A DNA stretch of 64,000 bases from Synechococcus sp. (GCA_047285805.1 JBJBCN010000003.1:640001-704000), one strand, 5' to 3'. Positions 44,447-52,559 are shown, counted from the first letter of the stretch. The notes: generated by a model from the letters alone, not told the origin. Made by a program: numbers and translations.

Positions 44447-45073
44447 TCAGAGCACAATCTGGATGCCTTTCTTTAAATGTTTTTCCGTGCTGATTGACAC
44501 CCTGTTGTCAATCAGCACGTCGCTGAGGGGTCTTTTCTGGTCTATCGGCCACTGGGCGTTGATCCGCGCCTCTGCCTCGACAACGCTCAGCCCATCGCGC
44601 TGCATGAGGCGTTCTAGTTGCTGCGCTTCGTCGCAATCCACGAGCCAGATCTCGCTGCAGAGCTCTTCGAGCCCGGACTCGAAGAGCAGTGGAATCATCA
44701 GCACCACCGTTGGCTCCGCCACGAGCTCAGCGAGAGCTAGGTCAAAACGCTGGCGCACGAGCGGATGGACGAGCTGCTCCAGCCAGCGTTTTTCGGAGTG
44801 GTCAGAAAAGACAATCGAGCCGAGGGCCCCGCGATCGATCGTCGGCCACTCTGGGCCCGTGCCATCGGCTCGAACGGTGTCGCCGTAGCGCTGCAGCACA
44901 GCTGCGGCACCAGGGCGGCCAGGAGCGAGGACCTCGCGGGCGTAGTGGTCAGCATCCAGAACGGGGAGCCCCTCGGCTTCAAGCAGCCGGCCAACCGTGC
45001 TTTTGCCCGTCGCAATGCCGCCGGTCAGGCCGATCCGTCGTTGCGCTCCGCACCAACGTGACGACCGGCTCAT
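44447..45073 (-). CDS. coaE: Dephospho-CoA kinase
   Basis: IGLTGGIATGKSTV and IPLLFE motifs. Confidence 0.95.
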   Translation of the reverse strand: MSRSSRWCGAQRRIGLTGGIATGKSTVGRLLEAEGLPVLDADHYAREVLAPGRPGAAAVLQRYGDTVRADGTGPEWPTIDRGALGSIVFSDHSEKRWLEQLVHPLVRQRFDLALAELVAEPTVVLMIPLLFESGLEELCSEIWLVDCDEAQQLERLMQRDGLSVVEAEARINAQWPIDQKRPLSDVLIDNRVSISTEKHLKKGIQIVL

Positions 45074-45128
45074 TGAGGCAGGGCTGACTGCATCTCAGAA
45101 TCGCAGGAGTTCCTCTCGCTCACCAGTT

Positions 45129-46358
45129 GTGACGCAGTCCTGGCGATTGATTGCAGGTGGCGTGACGGCGCCCCGGGGCTTTCAAGCCGCCGGGATGACC
45201 GCCGGATTGAAGGCCTCCGGCAAGCCGGACCTCTCGCTCTTGCTGGCCCCTGAGGGCGCCGCCTGTGGGGGGACCTTCACGACCTCGTTGGTGCGGGCGG
45301 CCTGTGTGGACCTTTGCTCCGACCGATTGGCGGCCAGTGGGGGCACCGCCCGGGCGGTGCTCACCAACTCCGGTCAGGCCAACGCCTGCACGGGTGACCG
45401 TGGCCTGATTGACAGCATCCGCGCCACCCAGGCCGTGGCTGACCGCCTTGGGCTCGCCGCTGAAGAGGTCTTGATCTGCTCCACCGGAGTCATTGGGGTC
45501 CCGATCCCGATGGAGACCTTGTTGCAGGCCATCGACCCGCTGGCGGAAGGCCTCTCGTCAGAGGGCGGCCCTGCGGCAGCCCAGGCGATCCTCACGACGG
45601 ACCTGATCGACAAGCAAATCGCTCTTGAGGCTGATCTGGGTGGTCAGACCGTTCGCATCGGTGGGATGGCGAAAGGCTCGGGAATGATTCACCCGAACAT
45701 GGCCACGATGCTCGGCTATCTGAGCTGTGATGCTGGTGTTCCCGCGGAGGTTTGGCAGGGGATGGTCTCCCGCGCCGTGCGGCGCTCCTTCAATGCGATC
45801 ACGGTCGATGGCGACACCAGCACGAACGACACCTATCTGGCCTTTGCGGGCGGTCCCGCCCTTGACCCGGCCCACTACGCGGCCCTGGAAGAGGGGGTGA
45901 CTGCCGTTTCGCAGCATCTGGCCAAGGCGATTGCCCGGGATGGCGAAGGGGCCACCTGTCTCCTGGAAGTGCGGGTCGAAGGAGCCATCAGTGAGGCGGA
46001 TGCCCTGGCTATCGCCCGCACCGTTTGCGGGTCGTCCTTGGTCAAGACCGCTGTCCACGGCCGCGATCCGAACTGGGGCCGGATCGTGGCAGCGGCAGGT
46101 CGAGCAGGTGTTCCGTTCCAGCCCGGGGCCGTCGCGCTCTGGTTAGGGGCACACCAGCTCATGGAAGCAGGTCAACCCTTGGCCTTCAATCGTGCAGCTG
46201 CCTCGGCCTACATGCGCGATCGGGCTGTTGGCGCCTACCTCTTGGAGGACAGTATTCAGATCCGCCTTTCGGTAGGCGATGGCTCAGGTAGCGGCTTTGC
46301 CTGGGGCTGCGATCTCTCTGATCAGTACGTCCGCATCAACGCCGACTACACTACGTAG
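45129..46358 (+). CDS. argJ: Bifunctional ornithine acetyltransferase/N-acetylglutamate synthase
   Basis: NSGQANACTG, KGSGMIHPNMATML, DGDTSTND and YVRINADYTT motifs. The last codons lie within and after attL. Confidence 0.97.
   Translation: MTQSWRLIAGGVTAPRGFQAAGMTAGLKASGKPDLSLLLAPEGAACGGTFTTSLVRAACVDLCSDRLAASGGTARAVLTNSGQANACTGDRGLIDSIRATQAVADRLGLAAEEVLICSTGVIGVPIPMETLLQAIDPLAEGLSSEGGPAAAQAILTTDLIDKQIALEADLGGQTVRIGGMAKGSGMIHPNMATMLGYLSCDAGVPAEVWQGMVSRAVRRSFNAITVDGDTSTNDTYLAFAGGPALDPAHYAALEEGVTAVSQHLAKAIARDGEGATCLLEVRVEGAISEADALAIARTVCGSSLVKTAVHGRDPNWGRIVAAAGRAGVPFQPGAVALWLGAHQLMEAGQPLAFNRAAASAYMRDRAVGAYLLEDSIQIRLSVGDGSGSGFAWGCDLSDQYVRINADYTT
46334..46350 (+). repeat. attL core (17 bp CATCAACGCCGACTACA) in the argJ 3' end
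   Basis: Identical to 54321-54337; extends to 23/26 identity (46325-46350 vs 54312-54337). Confidence 0.92.
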
Positions 46359-46404
46359 TCCAGAACACCTGTATTTGCAAGGGTTCTCAGCTGCGGTAGT
46401 CGTT

Positions 46405-46422
46405 GGGTAACGGTCGGGTAAC
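46405..46422 (+). repeat. Arm-type integrase binding pair (GGGTAAC x2, 11-bp period)
   Basis: Copies at 46405-46411 and 46416-46422; the same motif and spacing recur twice at the right end. Confidence 0.75.
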
Positions 46423-47082
46423 AGACTTGATACACGTGTGGCGGAACCAAAAACGTCTACTGATACGCCACTCACACAAGCATGATTCGTAGGTAGAAAT
46501 ACCTACTTAGATGCTGGTGAAGAGTTGTTGAGACAGTTCTGCGCTGTCCAACTTGGCGCGTATCTGCATCAATGAAAGTTACGCAGAAGAGAAAAACCCA
46601 GTTATGACGCTGGGTTTCGACTCCCTCGTTGTCCAGAAACGCTTGGTTTGGACAAAAGCCGTCCCTTCACGGCTCTAATGGCAATCTATCTCATCGTCTA
46701 AGCGCCCGCAAGATAAGCCTATGAGGCGTGTCTACTCAGGCTTTGGGCTAGTTGGTACAGAAAGACGGTATGAGCGCCTTGCTGGCTGCGTGAGACTTGG
46801 CAGAACGCACCAAATGCAATGAAGCTAAGCATTAGGGCGTGTGAGAAAAGTTCAAGGAGATTACGTAAGTTTGTTGAGAACTAAACACAATCCAATCCTT
46901 AAGTAATAAATCACTCGATCTAGGAGGGGTACTGAAAACGACACCCCGGCACGGGGCTTACTGCGTACTGGTACCTATGTAATACCCCTTGAGAAAAATA
47001 TTTCACTTTTTCTGCTTAGACCACATGCGCCTATGCAAGTCGGTATAAATATAAGTAAGGATGCAAGCCAGAAGAAGCTCAA

Positions 47083-47256
47083 TTATAACGCTTGCTGGCT
47101 GAGCAGATTGAATACTCCAGCCCGAGCAGCTAGCCAATATGCCACATTGTCTGGCTCAGTCGGTCCACTGAAGAAGAAGATCCAAGACGCAAGAAGAGCA
47201 GGACCGAGAGTGCAGTTAATAAGGATTGTATAGAAGATTCTGCCAAACTTTGTCAT
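47083..47256 (-). CDS. 57-aa putative membrane protein (not in the ORF track)
   Basis: MTKFGRIFYTILINCTLGPALLASWIFFFSGPTEPDNVAYWLAARAGVFNLLSQQAL, starting 19 nt after the Zn-finger gene stop. Confidence 0.55.
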   Translation of the reverse strand: MTKFGRIFYTILINCTLGPALLASWIFFFSGPTEPDNVAYWLAARAGVFNLLSQQAL

Positions 47257-47275
47257 TCACATCGATCAGAGGCTT

Positions 47276-47635
47276 TCAGCAATTTAGTTGTTTCCAAGGT
47301 CCTTGTCTAGCTTTACGTTCCTCCTTGTACTCATCGTCCCAAGTCCATGACATCCATCCCATTCTTCGGGCTTCCTCCATTCGGAACCTTTCTCCTGTCC
47401 TCTTCCACGGCATAGGACCATAGACGAAAGGGTTTTTATTGAGACCTAACTCTTTCCACCATCCTTCTTTATGTGGGATGAATGGAGGATTACAAGTCCT
47501 ACATGGACGTGATAGACAGTCTTCTACTGCTTTACTGGTAAGAGATCCTTTTGCTTTTGTTTTTGCTCCACACTGGGAACAAGTGATGATTGTTAGAACT
47601 TTGTTGTCTACATAAGTTTGATTAGCGGTTTTCAT
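47276..47635 (-). CDS. Zn-ribbon (CxxC...CxxC) Trp-rich hypothetical protein
   Basis: CSQC and CRTC pairs. Start at MKTANQ preferred because the upstream extension overlaps RNA structure. Confidence 0.65.
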   Translation of the reverse strand: MKTANQTYVDNKVLTIITCSQCGAKTKAKGSLTSKAVEDCLSRPCRTCNPPFIPHKEGWWKELGLNKNPFVYGPMPWKRTGERFRMEEARRMGWMSWTWDDEYKEERKARQGPWKQLNC

Positions 47636-47692
47636 TTTCTTTGAAGGGTGTTTCGTTAACCATCTCCACAACGGGAAATGGAACGCACCCAA

Positions 47693-47738
47693 GACGAACC
47701 AGTGGAATCGAACCACTGCTGAGTCGCCAGACATTCGT
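47693..47738 (-). ncRNA. Miniature tRNA-like structure 1 (acceptor + T-arm)
   Basis: Minus strand reads ACGAAT...CAGTGG-TTCGATT-CCACTG-GTTCGT-C: canonical T-loop on a 6+6 bp coaxial stack. Confidence 0.5.
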
Positions 47739-47901
47739 TTTACACATTAAGTAATTGGTTAAGTCAGTCCACCCTTCTGACTTCCCGTAGAGCATGACTT
47801 CTACGGGTAGACAACCAACTGGTAATGCTCCAGTTCTTAGATCACTTGATGGTTGCTGCGTATGTCATTAGTCTTGAGTTATTCACCCTCACTTGAAAGT
47901 G

Positions 47902-48192
47902 ATGTACGTCCCTAAGACGTTAATCATTATTTTTCTCATCATTGGGGTCACTATTTACCTAAATACTAATCATCCAAACAATCCTGCTTGGCAGAAGATC
48001 AAGAGTATTTGCGGTGGCATTTTTCTTATTACTGTAGGAGTACCTTTGGCAGGCTTTGGGCTTGGTATCTGGCTATCTGAACAGGCTGGTTGGGACAAGA
48101 ATGGATGGAAAGCGGGTCTTACCACTTTATTCTTTGGCTTTGGATTGCCAGGAACTATTGTTTATGTACTTGTTCTACTGAATGTCTTCTAA
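47902..48192 (+). CDS. Small membrane protein (about 3 TM segments)
   Basis: Hydrophobic stretches LIIIFLIIGVTIYL, GGIFLITVGVPLAGFGLGIWL and LFFGFGLPGTIVYVLVLL. Confidence 0.7.
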   Translation: MYVPKTLIIIFLIIGVTIYLNTNHPNNPAWQKIKSICGGIFLITVGVPLAGFGLGIWLSEQAGWDKNGWKAGLTTLFFGFGLPGTIVYVLVLLNVF

Positions 48193-48366
48193 GTAAGTAT
48201 TTATAGGCTTCAATAAGATCCACGCAGTAAGAGAAATTAATTAAAGTATGTGTGTTCACTCAGTCGCTTCGCTCCTTCGTTCACAACAAATAAGTAAATA
48301 GAAATTTTGTCGTTAGGGTTTACCTCTTTATTCCCTACTTCGTAGTAGGAGGGTAAGGGCTAAAAG

Positions 48367-49548
48367 TCAGTGTTCATCAGGCTTTTGATAGGAAGGATGG
48401 AAATAGGTACCAATCCCGTGGAAGGGTTTCTGATTCTTTGGAATCTTGAGTTCAGGTATGTCCGTTAGAACACGACCCCGATAACGGACTTGTATGGGTT
48501 TCTGCTCAACTGCTTTCATATCGGCTTCTGCCTTATCTCGTACCTTTTTGAGAGTTGCAGTATCTAGTGATTTCCAGTCGCCGTCAAAGTTTTGATCTAA
48601 CCATTCACTTATACGTTCTTGATGCAACTCTTCAAACAAGAGATGAATCATTAATTCGAGTTCATCCTCTGTAAGGTCGCTATCGTCTTCACTATCTAAA
48701 GCCGCTTCTGCATCAATTCTGGATAGACAAAGGTGATGCATGAGTCTTCTTATCTCGGCCTCTCTGTCATCAAACTTGCCTTCATTGAGCAGTTGCTGAA
48801 TCTCCGATTCAAATGGATCCAGTCTCTGCATGCCTAACTGGATCAGTGCATCTATCTCATTGCTGTCTGCATACTTGTTCTCAGCCTTATAAAGGCGACG
48901 CAGCTTCTTTTGCTGCTCCCTCTCCAGATAGCGATCGAACGCGCGTTCTTCGGCTTCATCCCAAGCCTCCTGAGATGCATCCCTGAGGCTGGTGAGCTTA
49001 GTAGGAGCACCATCATGGGCAGAGCTCCACTTTCTAAATAGTTCTTTTTGACTACGCCTGCTGGAATTGTCGAGCTTGGCGAGGTCTTCGATCCTGATTT
49101 GATTTCTAAGCCATATAAAAGAAAGTCTCAGTAGTTCTCCATCTGTTAACCCGACTTCTTTTGCGGCAGCCTGTAATTCTTTCTTTTCGGCGGAAGGAAG
49201 CTTGAGTACTAATTTTTCATTTCTACTCTCATGACCTTTCTCTGTTGCTCCAGACCTGCATCGCTCTAGATCTCTGTCGAGGACAGGACAGCCAGCTGAA
49301 ATAAATTCGTAAATACAAATCCTCAAAGCCTGCCTTTCATTGCACTCAAGCGTATTGCTAAGACCTTCGATAATCTGCGTTTCTTGGTGCGATACGACCG
49401 CCTTAAGAGATGCAGCGCATCTTTCTCTTGATTGGTTGATCGGGTGCTTTTCAGTATTGAAGCGGAACTGCTTAATGCAGAAGTAGTAGAGGATTCCTTT
49501 GTCTGCAGAGCCAAGCCGCCTGCTCTGGTTGTATTTGTTCTGTGGCAT
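48367..49548 (-). CDS. Hypothetical protein with two ribbon-helix-helix-like units and a charged helical C-terminus
   Basis: SLKAVVSHQETQIIEGLSNTLECNERQALRICI and KLVLKLPSAEKKELQAAAKEVGLTDGELLRLSF both fit the beta-alpha-alpha RHH pattern. Confidence 0.7.
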   Translation of the reverse strand: MPQNKYNQSRRLGSADKGILYYFCIKQFRFNTEKHPINQSRERCAASLKAVVSHQETQIIEGLSNTLECNERQALRICIYEFISAGCPVLDRDLERCRSGATEKGHESRNEKLVLKLPSAEKKELQAAAKEVGLTDGELLRLSFIWLRNQIRIEDLAKLDNSSRRSQKELFRKWSSAHDGAPTKLTSLRDASQEAWDEAEERAFDRYLEREQQKKLRRLYKAENKYADSNEIDALIQLGMQRLDPFESEIQQLLNEGKFDDREAEIRRLMHHLCLSRIDAEAALDSEDDSDLTEDELELMIHLLFEELHQERISEWLDQNFDGDWKSLDTATLKKVRDKAEADMKAVEQKPIQVRYRGRVLTDIPELKIPKNQKPFHGIGTYFHPSYQKPDEH

Positions 49549-49869
49549 TGTCGTTCTTAATGTGTATGTGTAATGCCTGTATGGCTCTCTGTGCAGCGTT
49601 ATGCACAGGCTATATGGGATGTGATGGATTGCCAGCCAGAGTCGGCTTCCTGGCGCTCTTTGACTGATTGCGCCTGTCGGTCAGCGCGTGCTCTGGCGCA
49701 GCAGTCCAGATTGGACGATTCGTCCAGTCGATGCCGAGAACCCTTGGCATGACTGGGTTTCGCCTCCTCGTCTGCGCCTCTCGCCTCGTGCTGGCGGGTT
49801 GCAGAAATCGTGGCGGCACTTGTGCTTTGTCCTGCTGGTAGATAGTTTTGTCGCAGGTGCGCCTTCTTG

Positions 49870-50475
49870 ATGTCCGAGATCGTTGACGTTGTCGAATCTC
49901 TAGACGTAAGAGACGCCGATAAAGTCGTGCTTCCAGAGAGCGCGGTGGTCGGCTGCAACGGGGTGCAGATCCAGTTGATGAAGGAAACTGTTGCCAGTGT
50001 GCAAACGAGTTTTGCTGTTGCTGGTGCTGCTATGCGTAGTGCCGCGCAGGAGCTTTATCACCTGCGTGGAGCGCTGGCTAAGCGGAAGCTTTGGAATCAG
50101 TTCATTAAGAGCGGTGCTCTGCCTATCTCGCCAAAGGTTGCTCAGGACTTGGCGAATGGCTGGGATAAGTGGCTGAAGGACAGCGACCTTTCAGATGGTG
50201 CTCTGATCAATCTCTCCTCTCGGACTCTTAATCGCATCGCCAACGCTGATCCTGAGGTTCAGATGAAGGCTACGAAGACCCTCAAGGCGGGTAAGAAAGT
50301 CACCGAGAAGATGGCGGATGACTGGATCAAAAACCTCTCTTCCGAGTATCAAGGAAAGGTGATGACGATCACCAAGAAGGCAGGTGAGGTGGGCAAACTC
50401 AAGGCGAGGATTAAGGAACTGGAGAAAGAGAACAGAGAACTAAAAGAGAAGTACGCATCCTTCATGGCTCAGTGA
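49870..50475 (+). CDS. DUF3102-like phage protein with C-terminal coiled coil
   Basis: AQELYHLR...LWNQFI...ISPKVAQDLAN and LSSRTLNRIA...LKAGKKVT resemble DUF3102-type proteins (pattern recall). Confidence 0.65.
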   Translation: MSEIVDVVESLDVRDADKVVLPESAVVGCNGVQIQLMKETVASVQTSFAVAGAAMRSAAQELYHLRGALAKRKLWNQFIKSGALPISPKVAQDLANGWDKWLKDSDLSDGALINLSSRTLNRIANADPEVQMKATKTLKAGKKVTEKMADDWIKNLSSEYQGKVMTITKKAGEVGKLKARIKELEKENRELKEKYASFMAQ

Positions 50476-50479
50476 TCTG

Positions 50480-50674
50480 ATGTCCCCAATTCCTCCTCGT
50501 CACTACCCTCCCAACGTTTACGGGTTTATTGACTATGCGTCTCGCATATCTCGTCCTGCTGGTTGGAAGCACGATATGTGCGGCGACATTTGCAAGTACT
50601 CGCTCAACACAGCAGTTATCAGGACGATGATCGAGACGAATGGAATTGACTACTACAAGACCGTTGCGTTATGA
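50480..50674 (+). CDS. Small hypothetical protein (paralog A, CxxxC)
   Basis: Starts 4 nt after the previous stop, has an ATGA overlap with the next gene, and is similar to the next ORF. Confidence 0.6.
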   Translation: MSPIPPRHYPPNVYGFIDYASRISRPAGWKHDMCGDICKYSLNTAVIRTMIETNGIDYYKTVAL

Positions 50675-50862
50675 CCATCCCACCACGCTATGCACACAAC
50701 GTTGTTGCATTTAAAAAGCAGGAAGGTCCAACCCTTCTTGTGCGTTGTCAGTGCGATCTGTGTGCAAACGATAAGCAATCAACTTATCTGCATAGCCTGC
50801 GACTAATGATCGAACTGCAGCAATTGGATGCTGATAAGTTCTCATTGCGAAGAGCAGCCTGA
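50671..50862 (+). CDS. Small hypothetical protein (paralog B, CxCxxC)
   Basis: Translationally coupled; shares IPPR-Y..NV..F and R.MIE with the previous ORF. Confidence 0.6.
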   Translation: MTIPPRYAHNVVAFKKQEGPTLLVRCQCDLCANDKQSTYLHSLRLMIELQQLDADKFSLRRAA

Positions 50863-50965
50863 TGGACGAATCTGCAGGCTTTGATTTGGTATTGGGTTGA
50901 ACTAATGTAAAGACTGAGACCATTGCCAATAGACGCAGGCTTAAGCTGCAAAAAGCCGTTTATCT

Positions 50966-51400
50966 ATGATGTATCTAGCCCAGAATGCAAGTCATTGCTC
51001 GACTAACTACCTTGAGTTCTCCTTATATCTGGATCAGAAACTACGGGAATGTGCTCTCAATATTGAGAAGCAGGCAAAAGAGAAAGAGCATATCAGCAAT
51101 GTCCAAGTAAATACTAAAAAAGAAATGGAGGAGCACGAGAAAGTCGCTCCTGAAGTCGTTCACGTGAAGGTCTCTCGGCCCTTTGATAAGTCCTTGGCTG
51201 CTATAGAAGCGAATGAATGGCTGGAATTCTGTATGTGGCTAGTTGTCCTGAGCATTGAGGCTTATGAAGCCCTGCGCCCATTTCTAAAGACGCTTCAGCC
51301 CAATCGTAATACGAAAGCAGCTCTTTCCCAATTAAGAGGTGAACTTGGCAGGATATTCCGTTTTAATGCACATGTCTATTCCGCAATGCAATCGGCCTAA
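50966..51400 (+). CDS. Hypothetical protein
   Basis: 144-aa ORF in AT-rich DNA, co-oriented with the operon. Confidence 0.55.
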   Translation: MMYLAQNASHCSTNYLEFSLYLDQKLRECALNIEKQAKEKEHISNVQVNTKKEMEEHEKVAPEVVHVKVSRPFDKSLAAIEANEWLEFCMWLVVLSIEAYEALRPFLKTLQPNRNTKAALSQLRGELGRIFRFNAHVYSAMQSA

Positions 51401-51489
51401 TGGACGACTTCTCAAGCCTTTGGCTGCTACTTGCTTTTATGCCTGTGATCTATGTCATGGCATTCGTACAACGACTGGCAAAGAACTAG
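51400..51489 (+). CDS. 29-aa single-TM peptide (not in the ORF track)
   Basis: MDDFSSLWLLLAFMPVIYVMAFVQRLAKN; TAATG coupling; stop overlaps the convergent gene's stop. Confidence 0.45.
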   Translation: MDDFSSLWLLLAFMPVIYVMAFVQRLAKN

Positions 51490-52559
51490 AAGTCTTGCAT
51501 TAATGGGTTAGGGGTCTTATCCCTGTACAACTCTGGAAAGTTGAGCCTGTGTTGTTCCAGTCCATACGCAAGAACTGCAGCCATGTCCTCCTTAAATGGA
51601 CTGGCTCCTAATGCAGCTCGGCGAAGGTGATACTCACGATTGCGAGGATCAACTTGAGGGTCGCTCAGGCCATCTTGTACTGCTTTTGTTGCCGCTTGGG
51701 GTTGCTCTACTGACGATTCTTGTTTGGATTGTTGCAGTGCAGAGTTCTGCTGCTTGAACTGACGAACAAGTTTCTCCTGTTCCTCAAGGTTTTGCGCTGA
51801 GCGAAGTTGTCGCATTTGTTTTTGGTTGAATTGGGATAGAAGTGATTCTTGAGCAGAGCCAAAACGTGGGTTTGGCTTATTCATGTCCGCAATCCGCTTA
51901 CGCATTACATCAATCTGTGTTTGGATTTCTTCGGTACTTGGTTGCAGTCCTTGTTGTCGTTGTTGCTCTACATCCTTTTTGACTTGAGCAAATATCTCTT
52001 GCCATTCATCAAATGTGAGTCCATCTCTGTCGCCAAAGATCGCTTCAGACCCTGCATAAAGACCACGAGCAAGTTTTTCTGCTAACCAGCCAATGGCAGG
52101 TTGTGCTGCCTGTTCAATCGCCATTGCAGCGCCAGCAGCAGCGAGGTTGGCACCGACGGCAGGTATAGGAGCAAGACGAACAGCACCACCCTTGGTGACT
52201 AGCTGCATCTTCATAGGTTGTGGCTGAGGTACAGATGGTGCTGAGAACGTCCCAGAAGGCTTCAGAGACGCTCCTGCACCCTCGCCTAATGCCTGACGCT
52301 GTACAGCGCCCATAGCAGCCTGCTGACGCGCTTGTGCAGCACGGAGTTGATTCTTGTTGGTAGTCGCATCAGGTTTGTCGATGTACCTGGTGTTCGGGTT
52401 GTTCTGTTCTTTGATCTGTCGTGCTGCTTCACGACCAGGATCGGTAGATGATTGTGATGAATGTGCACTTGGACCTTGGATTAGTTCTGTCTGTACCGCA
52501 GACGCAGCAGTAGTACTCGGACGCATACCGCGCCTGTGTTGGTATTTGTTTTTAGGCAT
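51486..52559 (-). CDS. Gln/Ala-rich, partly disordered/coiled-coil hypothetical protein
   Basis: 357-aa ORF with an Ala/Gly hydrophobic centre and Q-rich helices. Confidence 0.75.
   Translation of the reverse strand: MPKNKYQHRRGMRPSTTAASAVQTELIQGPSAHSSQSSTDPGREAARQIKEQNNPNTRYIDKPDATTNKNQLRAAQARQQAAMGAVQRQALGEGAGASLKPSGTFSAPSVPQPQPMKMQLVTKGGAVRLAPIPAVGANLAAAGAAMAIEQAAQPAIGWLAEKLARGLYAGSEAIFGDRDGLTFDEWQEIFAQVKKDVEQQRQQGLQPSTEEIQTQIDVMRKRIADMNKPNPRFGSAQESLLSQFNQKQMRQLRSAQNLEEQEKLVRQFKQQNSALQQSKQESSVEQPQAATKAVQDGLSDPQVDPRNREYHLRRAALGASPFKEDMAAVLAYGLEQHRLNFPELYRDKTPNPLMQDF

Noticed and set aside
47033..47423. Plus-strand ORFs 47033-47233 and 47226-47423
   Set aside because: They are antisense to better-supported minus-strand genes (TM protein and Zn-ribbon protein).
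47636..47734. N-terminal extension of the Zn-ribbon ORF from ATG 47734
   Set aside because: It runs through a T-loop unit and a long hairpin, so the downstream ATG at 47635 is preferred. Not proven.
50862..50969. ATG-coupled frame with an internal TGA (possible readthrough or pseudogene)
   Set aside because: Too short and has no recognisable motif; chance is a sufficient explanation.
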